Positions 51,117-62,414 of a stretch of 64,000 nucleotides of DNA are shown one piece after another. The position numbers and the translations under genes are program-made. The stretch is from Lepidodermella squamata (taxonomy: Eukaryota > Animalia > Gastrotricha). The stretch is from the NCBI GenBank assembly GCA_047495785.1, contig JBLDXI010000021.1, positions 496,001-560,000 on the forward strand, written 5' to 3'. Every line of letters begins with the position of its first letter. Position 1 is the first letter of the stretch. Below the pieces are notes generated by a model, which ran no database searches, was not told where the DNA came from, and saw only the letters and a list, made by a program, of their open reading frames with translations.

Positions 51117-53198
51117 ATGGCTGAGTTTGTTGAAGCCTGGACTGAGCGGACCATCGAAAATCTTAACCAATATCGGCAACTGGAATTGCTGACAGATGAC
51201 GAGGCGAAAAATGTAGTGAAAGCCAGGCAGGCTCATGAGTACCGATTAGCCCGACATGTCAAAAATAAGTCGGACTATACAAAATACATTCAATTTGAGA
51301 TCAACTTCCTAGAAATGATTCGTCTTAGACGCAAGGCAAGTAAATTTTGTTTAGCTAAGATGATTAATCTCGCATTTTTCTAGAAATTTCGAAACTTCAA
51401 CCGCCTGCAATTGGACTTTGATCAGAAAAATCGAATTCATGCCCTATTTCGAAGCTGCACGACGCGATTTCAAGACGATATTTCACTTTGGCTGTCCCAA
51501 ATTGAATTTTCAAAGAAACAGGTTTGTGCTTTATGCTGTCTTCTATTGTTTGCTACATTTTCTCATTAAACAGAATCAGACTGTTTACACCGGAAAAATT
51601 TATAAGCGAATGCTGCAAATTCATGCTCATCGACCCGATTTATGGTTGGAAGCTGCAAGTTGGGAAATCGAAATCGGGCAGCACGAGACTGCGCGTAAAA
51701 TATTTCTGACAGCCCTGCGCTTCAATAAGAGCGAAAAGACCTTATGGATTGCTTATCAACGATTTGAACTTCAACAGTGTATGAATGCTCAAAAGCTCGC
51801 TGCCGAGAAACCAAAGAAAGAAAAGTCAGAAGTTGAAGCGGCTGAGACTGCAAAAAAACAAGAATACCCTGAAGCTGTAAAAGATGGTCGCTTAGCCGTT
51901 CTCGCTTTTCGTAAAGCCATTGAGGCTAATGCGGGTGATGAATCTTTTACTGTTCAGCTGCTGGAGGCTTGGCGAGAAATAGCTGATAACCGACTCGCAA
52001 CGCTACGTCTAGACGATGTATTCTCTCTTCTGACCATCGACTATCACCACCCTAAACTAGCTGCTGCATGGTGCAGGCGCCCTATGACTGGTATTGTTGC
52101 TGACTGCCGAATTGAAGCCGTCCGTGCGGTTATTTCTAACTTTGATGAAAAACTTGCCGGAGATGAAGAGTTGTCGAATAACGGTGAATTCCGAAGTCTT
52201 CAGGTTCGATTTATTATCGAGCAAATTAACAAGGTTGCACCGAAGTCAAAGTCAAAAGAGAGTCCGAATCCTGAGCGTTCGTTTTTCCTATCAAAAATAC
52301 GGGTTTTGGTTGAAGAAGCGGAAACCAAGCGAATTGTTCTCAACGAAGAAGTACTCGCTGATTCAGTAAGATTTGATGTCTCAAGTTTAAGGAATTGCTA
52401 TAATTTACCTCATTACAGTTTGATCTTCTGGACACGGAAGGCTATCAAGTACCTCATTCTGTGGTTCGATCAGCTTTGACTGCTTACCCTAGCTCCAGAC
52501 GGCTTTGGATATCTTTATTCGAGACTTATGTATCCACTAAAGCTGGCAAAAGCTTCGACTTTCTTCCAGATGTGATTAAAAGCTTTTCGACTGTCTTCCC
52601 GGAAACTGTGAAAGGTCAGAACGATGGAATGGCTGTTTGGCATGCAGCCCTACAATTGTGTGTTTTGAAACGACTACCCGTCGATCGTTTCGAAAACGTG
52701 TGGACCGAGGCAGTTTCGCGTCATAATGCGGAGCTTGGGCCAGCTTATTTAGAGTGGGCATATCACTCATGTGCATTGTCATCAACGCCGTGGAAGGCTG
52801 CCGAAAGAGCTTTCTCCAAAATGTCAGCAGTTTCAGTTAAAAGACCGCTCCCATTTGACCTTCATTTGACGCGGTTGAAACTTGCTATTTCGACATGTGA
52901 TTGCTCTCAAATTTTCGGCGAAGTGAAGGAGACAGCTCAATTTTGCGAGTTGGACGCTGCTGCTGTGAGAAAAATTTTCGAGGAGGCGTTTCTCGACGTC
53001 GGAACTGCTCATTTGGATCTGTGGTTGCTGTATACGCAGTTTGAAGATTCGCATGGCGATTTGGAGTCTTTGACCCATGTTGCCTGGCGCGCCCGGCACT
53101 CGCTGCCCGGCGATCAACTAGTCCAGTTCAATGTGGCTTACAACAATATTACGTCAAGTTGTGCTCAAGTCGGGTCAAAATTGCGCAAAACTTTTTGA
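51117..53198 (+). CDS. UTP6: U3 snoRNA-associated protein 6 (HAT-repeat SSU processome factor)
   Basis: MAEFV..E....R..HEYRL..DY..YIQFEINFLE; RIHALF....RFQDDISLWL; RMLQIHAHRPDLWLEAASWE..ARKIFLTALRFN; C-terminal HAT DLWLLYTQFE. The first intron is GC-AG. Confidence 0.88.
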
Positions 53199-53403
53199 TG
53201 TTTAAAGCTTTTATTGTTGCTTCCTTCCAAGAAAATACAAGTGCATTCTTCAAGTATCATAATTTGTTGTTGGCTGTTTTCATGAAGCTGTAGTCAATTG
53301 GCGCGAAGGAGTTGAGAATCGCGATTCTACGTCAGGGTCATATCCCTCCAATTTTAAAATTTGTATTTCCCCTTCCAACTTTAGTGAATATTTAATTGAA
53401 GAA

Positions 53404-54325
53404 ATGCCTGGTAGAAGCCGCTCCGGTTCAACCTCGAGCGATGATTCCAGCTCGTCCAGCGACTCAAGCAGCTCAGGATCGTCATCGGACTCGTCATCAA
53501 GCTCGTCCAGCTCATCTTCGAGCAGCGCGTCCGACCGCGGCCAACGTCGCCGGTCGCCGCCTCAGCGAGGTGGCCCTCCCCGTCGTGATGACAGCCGAGA
53601 CCGAGATCGAGACCGGCGCGCCCCGGCTCGCCGACGATCGCGATCCGCGTCTCGATCGCCACCCCATCGAGGCGGCCGAGTGTCACCGCCGCGTCGCCGG
53701 GCATCTCCTCCGCGGCGCGATGACCGTGACCGCGATCGGGACCGCGAAAGAGGAGATCGAGATCGCGACATTCGAAAACCGCGGGGCGATCTTGCTAACC
53801 AGGAGAACAAGCAACCCAATGATGAGAAGCCGGCAACAGAAGCTCGTTCGTCACCCTCCCGTGATCGGGAAAGACCGGCCCGTAGACGCAGCCCGTCTCC
53901 CGCCCAACAACAGCCGCCGAAGCCCCTTACTACAATTCAAGTTGGCCGTTTGACGCGGAACGTGACTCGTGAACACCTGATGGAGATTTTCGGCACATTT
54001 GGAAAGATCAAGACTCTCGACATGCCAACTGAGCGTTTACACCCGGAATTTAACCGTGGCTATGCTTATGTTGAATACGAAACACCAGAGGAGGCTGCTG
54101 AGGCGATGAAATTGATGGATGGCGGACAAATTGATGGCGCTGAAATTATTGTTTCCACTCCTCGGGACGGTATAATTGGACAAATGTTCGAGACCGTTAA
54201 ATTTATGTAATTTTCTTTTCATAGTGCCGAAAGCTCGTAACGAACCAGGTGATCGCAGGGTTGCGGCTGGTGCCAGGTCTCGCTCTCGCAGTCCTCGTCG
54301 CCGACGTAGGTCGGGCAGTCGATGA
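53404..54325 (+). CDS. RNPS1: RNA-binding protein with serine-rich domain 1 (EJC/ASAP component)
   Basis: Poly-Ser and RS/RD region. RRM IQVGRLTRNVTREHLMEIFGTFGKIK..RGYAYVEYE..AMKLMDGGQIDG. A short last exon ends at 54325. Confidence 0.92.
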
Positions 54326-54692
54326 TGAATGAACAGAAGCGCATTGTTTCTTTCAAGCGCCGTTATGGCGGTTCAACTTGCTCATAATATCTGATGCAGC
54401 ATTGTGAATGTGATTATTTCGTCAGTAACTTCTAGCCAGTTCTTTTCGTGTGTGGTGTAACGAAGAATTTTCCTGTTCTTCAGCTGAAATTTTCTTACGC
54501 TCATTATATAAATAATAAAATTGATTTCTCATCACGGTGTTCTTTCGATTTTATTTCCTACTCAACGCGTTACGAAAAGAAACTAGATAGACATCACCTA
54601 CATAAATAGAAAGAGACAGATTTTTGTCATGGAAGAAATCATGGCTTCAAAAAATAGGGTAATATACTAATAATATCACAGAATATCTAATG

Positions 54693-57555
54693 TCATGCCC
54701 GCTCTTGCTCTTGAGAGTATTTTGGCACCATTTGTGTTGCGTTGCTTAGTTTGAGTCTCTGATCATTCGGCACGTTTTCAGTTTGACGGACAGCTAGTGA
54801 GTATAGATTGACAGTCGACGATGTCGGCACAACGCCATCAGCAGGTACTTGCATCGCAAAGACCGAAGGAGGTTGAGTCACCCGTCTTCCAGCGTGGCCG
54901 ATCGGGTGGAAATAATTCGAAGCTCGCGCGTTGTAGGCATGGCCCAGAGGCGACGGCATGTAAATAGCAGGCAACGTCACGATCGAGTCATTTGTTCGCT
55001 CTCTGACTATGCTGTCAGCAACGGCGTATCGAACAGGCGGCACCGGTGTTCCGGTTAAAGCGCCTGTGTGCCTACTGAAACCAGACGGCTTTTGGTGTTG
55101 CGTTCGTGTGTGGCGAGCATCTCCAGACCCGTACGTTGGAGCTCGTCCTGAGCAATAATCACATTCATTCATTCTTTGACGAAGTTGGCGTAATTCAGCA
55201 TCCATGGATCGCAGCGCTTGAGACATGTTTCTCTGTTGCTCTCTGCAAAATTATGAATTTTAAGGAATAGGGGGCAACAAGCCGGTGAAAACTTACTGAA
55301 ATTTCCGACGAAGTTCAGTTACAGCTTCAGATTCTATAGTCAAATCACTAGGTTCACGATCTGGGCTTTCAACAGTGTCCCATCTAACAGGCGAAAGAGC
55401 GACAGAATGGCTGCTAAGGGGCCGACGAGCTGTAAAGACGTCTCGAGGCTGTTCCGAGGTTTGAGGCGCTGCTTTATATATTGGCTCTGGTTCGTATTCA
55501 ACTTGAGCGCTGCGTGGAGGCGATGGTGGTGGTCGTTGAGGAGTTGGAGAAGCTTTTCGTTGTTGTGCTACTAACGGGGGTGGCGATGTTGGTTTTTGAG
55601 CAACTGGAGGCATGGGCGCCACGACGATTGGTAGTGTTGGAGGTGGACTGATCGAAGTCGCAGGAGTGGGATCGGCTAATTCGGTAATTGTTCCGTGATC
55701 GGCGACCCTTAGCAGTTCATAGCGAATGCCGAAAACTGAAATAGGCGCAGAACCGACCGCTACTCGAACTGTTGTGCCAAGGCTAGTGGAATATAGAGGT
55801 ATCGACAAACGAACTGCGAAGGGGTAATCTTCTGGCAACGGAGCATCAGGATAGGGCAGCAATACTGGAGATGGGTCGGAGGCAGACAATTGCCGCATGT
55901 TAACCGATCCCACTGCCACAGTTCTATCGCCAATAATCAAATCCAGCTGCGCTTCTTCTGACATGACGGTTTGGGCATCAACAACGAAGTCTCCGATAGG
56001 TAAATTTGCATTTGGATCGTTGAAGGCAGCGGCGCCAAGAGGGAAAAATATGCTGGACTGAAGGATGGTGATGGATGAAGGGTTCGCACGAAGAGCGTAA
56101 CGTCCATCTTTGTTGCCCGTGGCGATTCGTAATCCAGTAGGACGAAAAAGCCTAACGACTAATTGCTTTGCAAATTCTAAAAAAATATTATTCCAAAGTA
56201 AGTTCGAAATGGAAAAGAAATTGGAGAATACCAGGCTCATGAGTCCAACATGCGACACTTGCTGTGACAATTGGAGGTTTGGCTTTTGGCTTTTCTGCAG
56301 AATCCTCGAAATCGTCTCCTCCGTCGCTGAATCTTACGCTTTTCTGGTAGGTAAAAACATCAGTGAAATATACAGTTAATATTACAAAAGGTTAGCTAAC
56401 CTTCTCTTTGCCATCCTTGTCTTTGCCAAATCTCTTTTCCTTAGAATACAAAATATAGGTATTTATTTTCCCCAAAATAAATGCTTAGTAGGCTCACATC
56501 AAAATCTGACATGTCAGACTCATCATCGTCATCGTCATCATCATCCTCTTCGTCACTTGGTTTGATTTCGTTTCCGGTGAGATTTGCCTCATCTTTAGTT
56601 GGCGAATAACCTTCACCCTCCATTGCCGATGCAAGCCGATCATCTACGGGGTCAGCTAGGTTTTCGACGCCTTCCCGTCGAACCATCGGTGCTGCAGGTT
56701 GGCGGAATTCGTTAGCCAGGTAAGCCTCCACAGCATCAGGTCTAAATTCAATTTTTCATAATTTATGCCTGAATTGTACTTAATTCATAAGACATACCCG
56801 CGATTGGCGGCATTCCTTAAACCAGGAAGTTTGAACTTCCATCTTCTACCGACACCTCTCGCAAGCATAACCACGCTAAACAGTTGCTCCCATTTGTTTA
56901 ATATTCGCACTGCTCGAAATTGTTCAGAACTAGCAGTTGCTAGGTGCAGCTTTCTAATAGCAGCATTCAGAAGCCTGCAATTGCGCCGGTATTGTGCGTG
57001 CAGTCGACGAAGAGCCTCTGCCCGACCATCCCAGGGCGCTGAATATAGTTCGATAAGCCGTGAAAGTTCACATGCAGTTTCGTCGAGATCCCCCATGCTA
57101 GCGGCGATAAAATTAGAAATTTCCGCAGTAAAAAAGTATCTTCTTACTTTCGGAACAGCCGAGAACATAACAATCCAAGAGTAAGCTTTAGGCTAATGGG
57201 CAACATGCTATTGTTGATTTCATTGTAGAGAGCAATCAGCTGTGAAAATAATATGAGAAACATTTACTCCTATGCGATCCCAGGTAAAACTTGTATTACT
57301 TCATTCACGTCTTTTGACGCCGTTACAATGCTTTCCATTAGGCGGTCACAGTGCAATTGAAATTGACCTCTAGCCAGCTCAGCATCCTCGTCTCGCTCCT
57401 CCATCAGAGTCTCCTCTTCGACAAGGCGAATATCCTAGCACAAAATATTCGATGAAATTTGAATGAAGATGGGTCAATAATTGACAAATTACCTCGTCAT
57501 TATCTTCTTCAACTTTATCTCCTTCTTCTCCTTCGCCTATCGCTGGCAGGTCCAT
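54693..57555 (-). CDS. Uncharacterised multi-exon protein (acidic N-terminus, helical domain, beta-rich middle, Pro-rich region, coiled coil)
   Basis: ATG at 57555 lies 5 nt after an acceptor. About 8 exons with canonical junctions link ORFs 56785-57100, 56441-56740, 55293-56170 and 54693-55240. Motif LIELYSAPW...ILNKWEQLF..GRRWKF. Confidence 0.7.
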
Positions 57556-58696
57556 TTCAACTAAAAAGTGGCAAGAACCCTGTCTATCAAAACGAAATGT
57601 AAGTGAACAAACTGAATAAACATTATTTTATGCTGAGATGATTTTCTAGAGTGCTATGAATGATCTGTGCCCAAGAACTTTTCCAAGCTGACCCCGGTTC
57701 ATCGTTAACTGAAATAGGTTACCTATTTTTCTAGCACGCACTGTGGGAAGCAGTATGTGGGCGATTGCGGTAGATAAAATTAGAATTCCTGCAAAAATGA
57801 GCAATGCCGCGGACAAAGGGCTACAGAAAAATCAATGACATCAATATTCGGCGTCGTGGACACGTTATCGACGTCGCGCAAGGGATCATTCAATTCAATT
57901 CGATAGATCATTCCATGAAAGCGTCGCTAAGCAACAAAAGCAAAAGTTGTATTTATATCAGACATTGGTAAATTATAAATTTACTTGATGGAGACAAAAT
58001 AAAGTTCTCAATTTTTTTCATGCATAAAAACCTACCTCAGGCTTTTTGCCAGCGTCGCGAAAGCGAATAAAGATCTCGAGAGTTAAGCTCGAGTTAGAGC
58101 CATCGCTTAGTCCTTAGTCCTTGCTTGTTGCTTATTGCTTCTTCCCCAGGAAGTTTAACGGGTGGATAGTTTGATGCTTTCAGTGTAATCTACCGTTTCG
58201 ATCTGTGGCAGGAGTTTTCGGAATGTAGCTAACCATGCCTTGATTTTTCAATTACATCTACTATTTGTCGGTAGTTACGGGTGGAGCAAAATTTTGTCTT
58301 ATCCAAGAGCCAAAAATGGGAATTTGCAACTTACTCTTGGCCAAGCAATAAATGAAGTGATGCGTGAAATAAATGTTGCACATTTGCTATAAGTGAAGCG
58401 AGAAGGCATAGCTATTTATTTTGGTTTCTTTTCATTCAGTATTGCACACCATTTTGTTAACCACCACGAAATACTCATTCGGAGTCATCAGTCATCTTGA
58501 ATCTTGGCATAATGCTCTCACGCACCTGTGCTAGTTATTTGTTATTTGGTACCTGCAGAACATGCGATTCTGTGTGTTTTACCATCAGGCTTGTCCTATC
58601 CGTGATAATAACCATCTTCGATCCTCTAAGCAGCTACTTATTTACCAAAGCTGCTGTTTTGTTTATTAGCTAAACTTCTCATTTAATAATTTTGAA

Positions 58697-59223
58697 ATGA
58701 GTCAGACGGCAGGAAAAGCTGCAGATTCGAAGCGTGAAGAGTTCCGTCGATACCTTGAGAAAGCTGGTGTGATAGATGCGTTCACAAAGGGTTAGCTTCG
58801 AATGTTTGAATGAGTTGAAAATATATCTTATTCGTTTGCAGTTTTAGTTGCCTTGTACGAATCTCCAGACAAGCCCAATAGCGCCTTGGAGTAAGTGCCA
58901 TCAGCTGAGTTCTAGGTTGTATTGATCATACCATTCTTGTTCTTCTTGTCAGGTATATTAGGCAGCAGCTGGGCGGGGCTGGACCCGAGCCGGCGGATGT
59001 CGAACAACTTCGAGCTGAGGTGGGTTTTACCATTCTCCTTTATTTAACGATTAATGTGCTCCATACAGGTGGCCGAGCTGAGATTGCGCAATGAGGCCCT
59101 TGCAGAAGAAAACTCCGATCTTCGGGCGAGGGTATAGTTAATGATCATGAAAATTAGCTTTACAATGTGATGATAAAATTTCAGATTTCTCGCTACGAGG
59201 AGGAGCACCCAGGGGCGCAGTAG
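58697..59223 (+). CDS. MYCBP: c-Myc-binding protein (AMY-1)
   Basis: Five small exons absent from the ORF track: KAADSKREEFRRYLEKAGVIDAFTKVLVALYESPDKPNSALEYIRQQLG...ENSDLRARISRYE. Confidence 0.92.
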
Positions 59224-59530
59224 AGCCTTCAAGATTGTTGCCTGTCAAGAATAATATTAACTTGCTGGACGTTGGTTGTTGGTGATCTCTTCTATACTCT
59301 ATTTAAATATCCTTATTCCTAAGCTCTGTGATAAACCATTGATAGATTAATACACATTATTGTAACGTGAAGCTTTTATCTGGTTGAAACTGAATGCATC
59401 AAAATTCCAACGGTCAGCCGTAGCACGTGGGCCATTTGAACTAACGAAAGGATGATTTTTAAGAAATAAATAATGCCTCGGTTTAAACATGCTCTATCTT
59501 TCTATTTTAGAGATTATTGACAATTGTATA

Positions 59531-60250
59531 ATGTCCGCCTCAACCGAGCAGTCAAAAGAGGTTTCCGAGAAGCCCAAGGAAGAGCACAGTGGAATTCCGA
59601 GATCTGATTTTATTGTTTGTTAACTCAATACCTATAAATGTTAGCTGAATATTACTTCTTTATTTTCTCCAGGAAGACATTCCCGGCGCTATCAAGAAGG
59701 AGGCCTCAGCTGAGGCCCTCATGACCCTTCTTGACCAGGCTTTGAACAAATACCGGTTCATGGAAGTGAATCTGGGAGCTAAGAAAGCACGTCTGTCTCA
59801 GCAAATTCCTGATCTAAAGAGTGCGTTGCAAATTGTCAGCGAATTGAAGGCAAAGCAACTAATTACCGACGACAACAAGGATTCCGAGTCGTTGGATGTA
59901 CGATTTTTGTTGAGTGATCATGTCTACTCGAAGGCTCGGATTGGAAAGACGGAGAAAGTCATGCTTTGGCTAGGGGTGATTTATTGTAGATATGCCTCTG
60001 TACAATAATGTTTACGTTATTTTCCCCATAGGCTAACGTCATGCTGGAATACCCGCTTGAAGAAGCCAAAGAAGTGCTAGAGAAGAGTTTGAATTCTGCA
60101 ACCACGAGCTTGGAGCGCACTGACAAGGATCTGGCTTTCCTTCGTGACCAAGTCAATACCACCCAGGTTAATATTGCTCGTGTTTACAACTGGACGGTGG
60201 CCAATGCTCCAAGCACTCCTGCGCCTGCTGCTGTTGCGGCAGAATCTTAG
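59531..60250 (+). CDS. VBP1: Prefoldin subunit 3
   Basis: [79 protein letters not shown]. Confidence 0.95.
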
Positions 60251-60486
60251 TCATCTTCTAAGTCAACAACTAATTGTGCTCACTTATTATTGCCTTCACC
60301 AAAATGTATAAACCTGCTGATGCAAATGGCAGTTGATTTCTGTGTTAAAACTATTGCTCGATGTTTTTTGTGATGCTGTGTAGAGATATATCAACGAATA
60401 TATGTACTTATCAAAGAACAAGCAAGCCTATCACCAATTATTACAAACAGAATTTCCACCTCTAGGTTGAATTTATAATCGATTTA

Positions 60487-60657
60487 ATGTTTCGGCGGCG
60501 AATTTCGCGTATCGATGTTGCTATTGGAGCGATTCTCGGGGGCCTCTGCTCGTATTACATGTATAAACCCTATTTCGTTCGCGTAACGCCCGGTGATCAA
60601 TCATCGACTACTGGTACAATTCCAGCAAACCCGGCTCCACCGAGCAAAGCTACCTGA
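60487..60657 (+). CDS. PIGBOS1: 56-aa PIGBOS1-like single-TM microprotein
   Basis: MFRRRISRIDVAIGAILGGLCSYYMYKPYFVRVTPGDQSSTTGTIPANPAPPSKAT resembles the recalled PIGBOS1 N-terminus (MFRRL....LG..GG.YI..P.F). It has its own acceptor (60465) and AATAAA (60702-60707). Below the ORF-track cut-off. Confidence 0.7.
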   Translation: MFRRRISRIDVAIGAILGGLCSYYMYKPYFVRVTPGDQSSTTGTIPANPAPPSKAT

Positions 60658-60769
60658 CCCCGTCCCTTTTGCTCAATTGGGTGCTATCGATATTTGTTGT
60701 CAATAAATATATTTCTCATCCTTCGTTTAGATCTGTTACATCACATTTTTTCATCACTAATAGTTCAAA

Positions 60770-62185
60770 ATGCCTCGGGTAAGTTCTAAGGGTTTGAATT
60801 CTGTAAATAAATTCATTCGCATTTCTACTAGGGTGTTCGCTCTCGTGTTTACCTGGGTCGCTTGCCATATCGTGCCACAGTTCGCGATGTTGAGCGCTTC
60901 TTCAAAGGATTCGGCGATATCGTTGACATTCAGTTGAAGAACGGATATGGTTTCGTGGTATGCTTTCGACATTTGAGTGTTACTTCGAATATAAAGAAAT
61001 TTCATTTTCAGGATTTCGCCGACCCACGTGATGCCGAAGACGCGGTTTACGATAAAAATGGCCGTGATTTGTGCGGAGAGCGCATCATTGTAGAGTTAGC
61101 CAGAGGAACACCCCATGGCCGGGACTTGGACCGCGATCGCTCTTACCGCCGTCGTCGTCACTCAAAGTCGCGTTCCCGATCGCGATCTCGCACTCGTTCG
61201 CCTGTTCGTCGCCGCTCTCGCAGTCGCAGCCGGTCACCCCGTCGCGCCGCGCGCCGCTCACCTCCTGCCAAGTCAAAGTCTCGGACTCGCTCCCGGTCAG
61301 CGTCTCACTCGCGCTCACGTAGCCGCGATAACGGAGACGTCCGCTCGAGCTGGCGCCTAGATGTCGACAATCTTTCAAGCAAAGTTTCGTGGAAGGCAAG
61401 TTCACTCCGAATTTAATTAGCATCTTATCGAAAATTTGATTTCTCTGAGAGTTGATCAATGATATTGTTGGACGCAAATTGACGTTTATTACTTTGTTGT
61501 AATAATAGTTGATCCAAGCTGCAAAAATACTACCACTACCACTATTCTAAGCAAATCAAGCACTAAATCTCATCCCACCACGACTTGTTACTACTACCAC
61601 TCATTCGAACGAGAACCACTCGCGCTCGAAAATACTATGTGCGTGTACTGCGAAAAAGGGTTTCATCGATTGTCACGAGCTAAAAAATTTCATTTTCCGC
61701 TGCAGCTGCGCTAATTAACAAGTTTTTCCGTTATTTCATTTGTTTTCGTGTGTTTCCAACAGGATTTGAAAGAGCACTGTGGAAAGGGGGGTCGTGTAGT
61801 TTACTCGGAGGTCCTTGGCAACGGCAAAGGGTATGTTCTTTCATTTACCGAGATGAATAGCCTATTCAATATTTATTCTTACGTATTGCGTAGGTTCGTT
61901 GAATTCGCGAACGAAGCTGATTTGCTAGATGCCGTGCGTTCGTTAGAGGACACTGAGCTCTGCGGTAAGAACATTCGCGTTTCGGCCGCGAGCGGAGCCG
62001 CCGCAAACGGCAACGGAAATGGCAATGGCAATGGCAATGGCAAAGCCAAAAGTCATTCACGGTCTCGTAGCCACTCGCGCAGCCGAAGCGCTAGTCACAG
62101 CCCGAGCCGAAGCCGATCACGAAGTGGCAGCCCAAGGGCTAATGGCAACTGGAACGGAAACGGCGACGAGGAAAAGAGCAATTGA
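60770..62185 (+). CDS. SR splicing factor, SRSF4/5/6 (B52/SRp55) family
   Basis: RVYLGRLPY..DVERFFKGFG..LKNGYGFV/DF.DPRDAEDAVYDKNG.DLCGERIIVELARG. Second RRM RLDVDNLSSKVSWK/DLKE. RS tracts present. Confidence 0.92.
61509..61638 (+). other. Candidate poison (PTC) cassette exon in the SR gene
   Basis: Acceptor ...ctttgttgtaataatag (61508), in-frame TAA at 61548-61550, and donor GTGCGT at 61639, all inside an unusually long 367-nt GC-AG intron. Confidence 0.55.
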
Positions 62186-62414
62186 AGGCCAAAGGCTGTC
62201 AAAATTGAACTGAAGTGTTGTACCTAGTGGGCTAATTTTTTGTTCTAGGTGTTCTGGTGTATACTGTTTTTACATAGTTAAATGTAAAAATGTTAGTTGC
62301 TTTAAGAAGTTCGATTCAATATTACACATAATGTTACAGGACATATAAAAACGTTGTTTCATGAACAAGTTGGTTCTTTTTGTGTTTTAGGCAATAAAAT
62401 TTTCTGTATTGAGA

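Noticed and set aside
53381-53953. Overlapping alternative-frame and antisense ORFs over RNPS1 (likewise over the SRSF gene at 61071-61477)
   Set aside because: RS/RD codon repeats are stop-poor in several frames.
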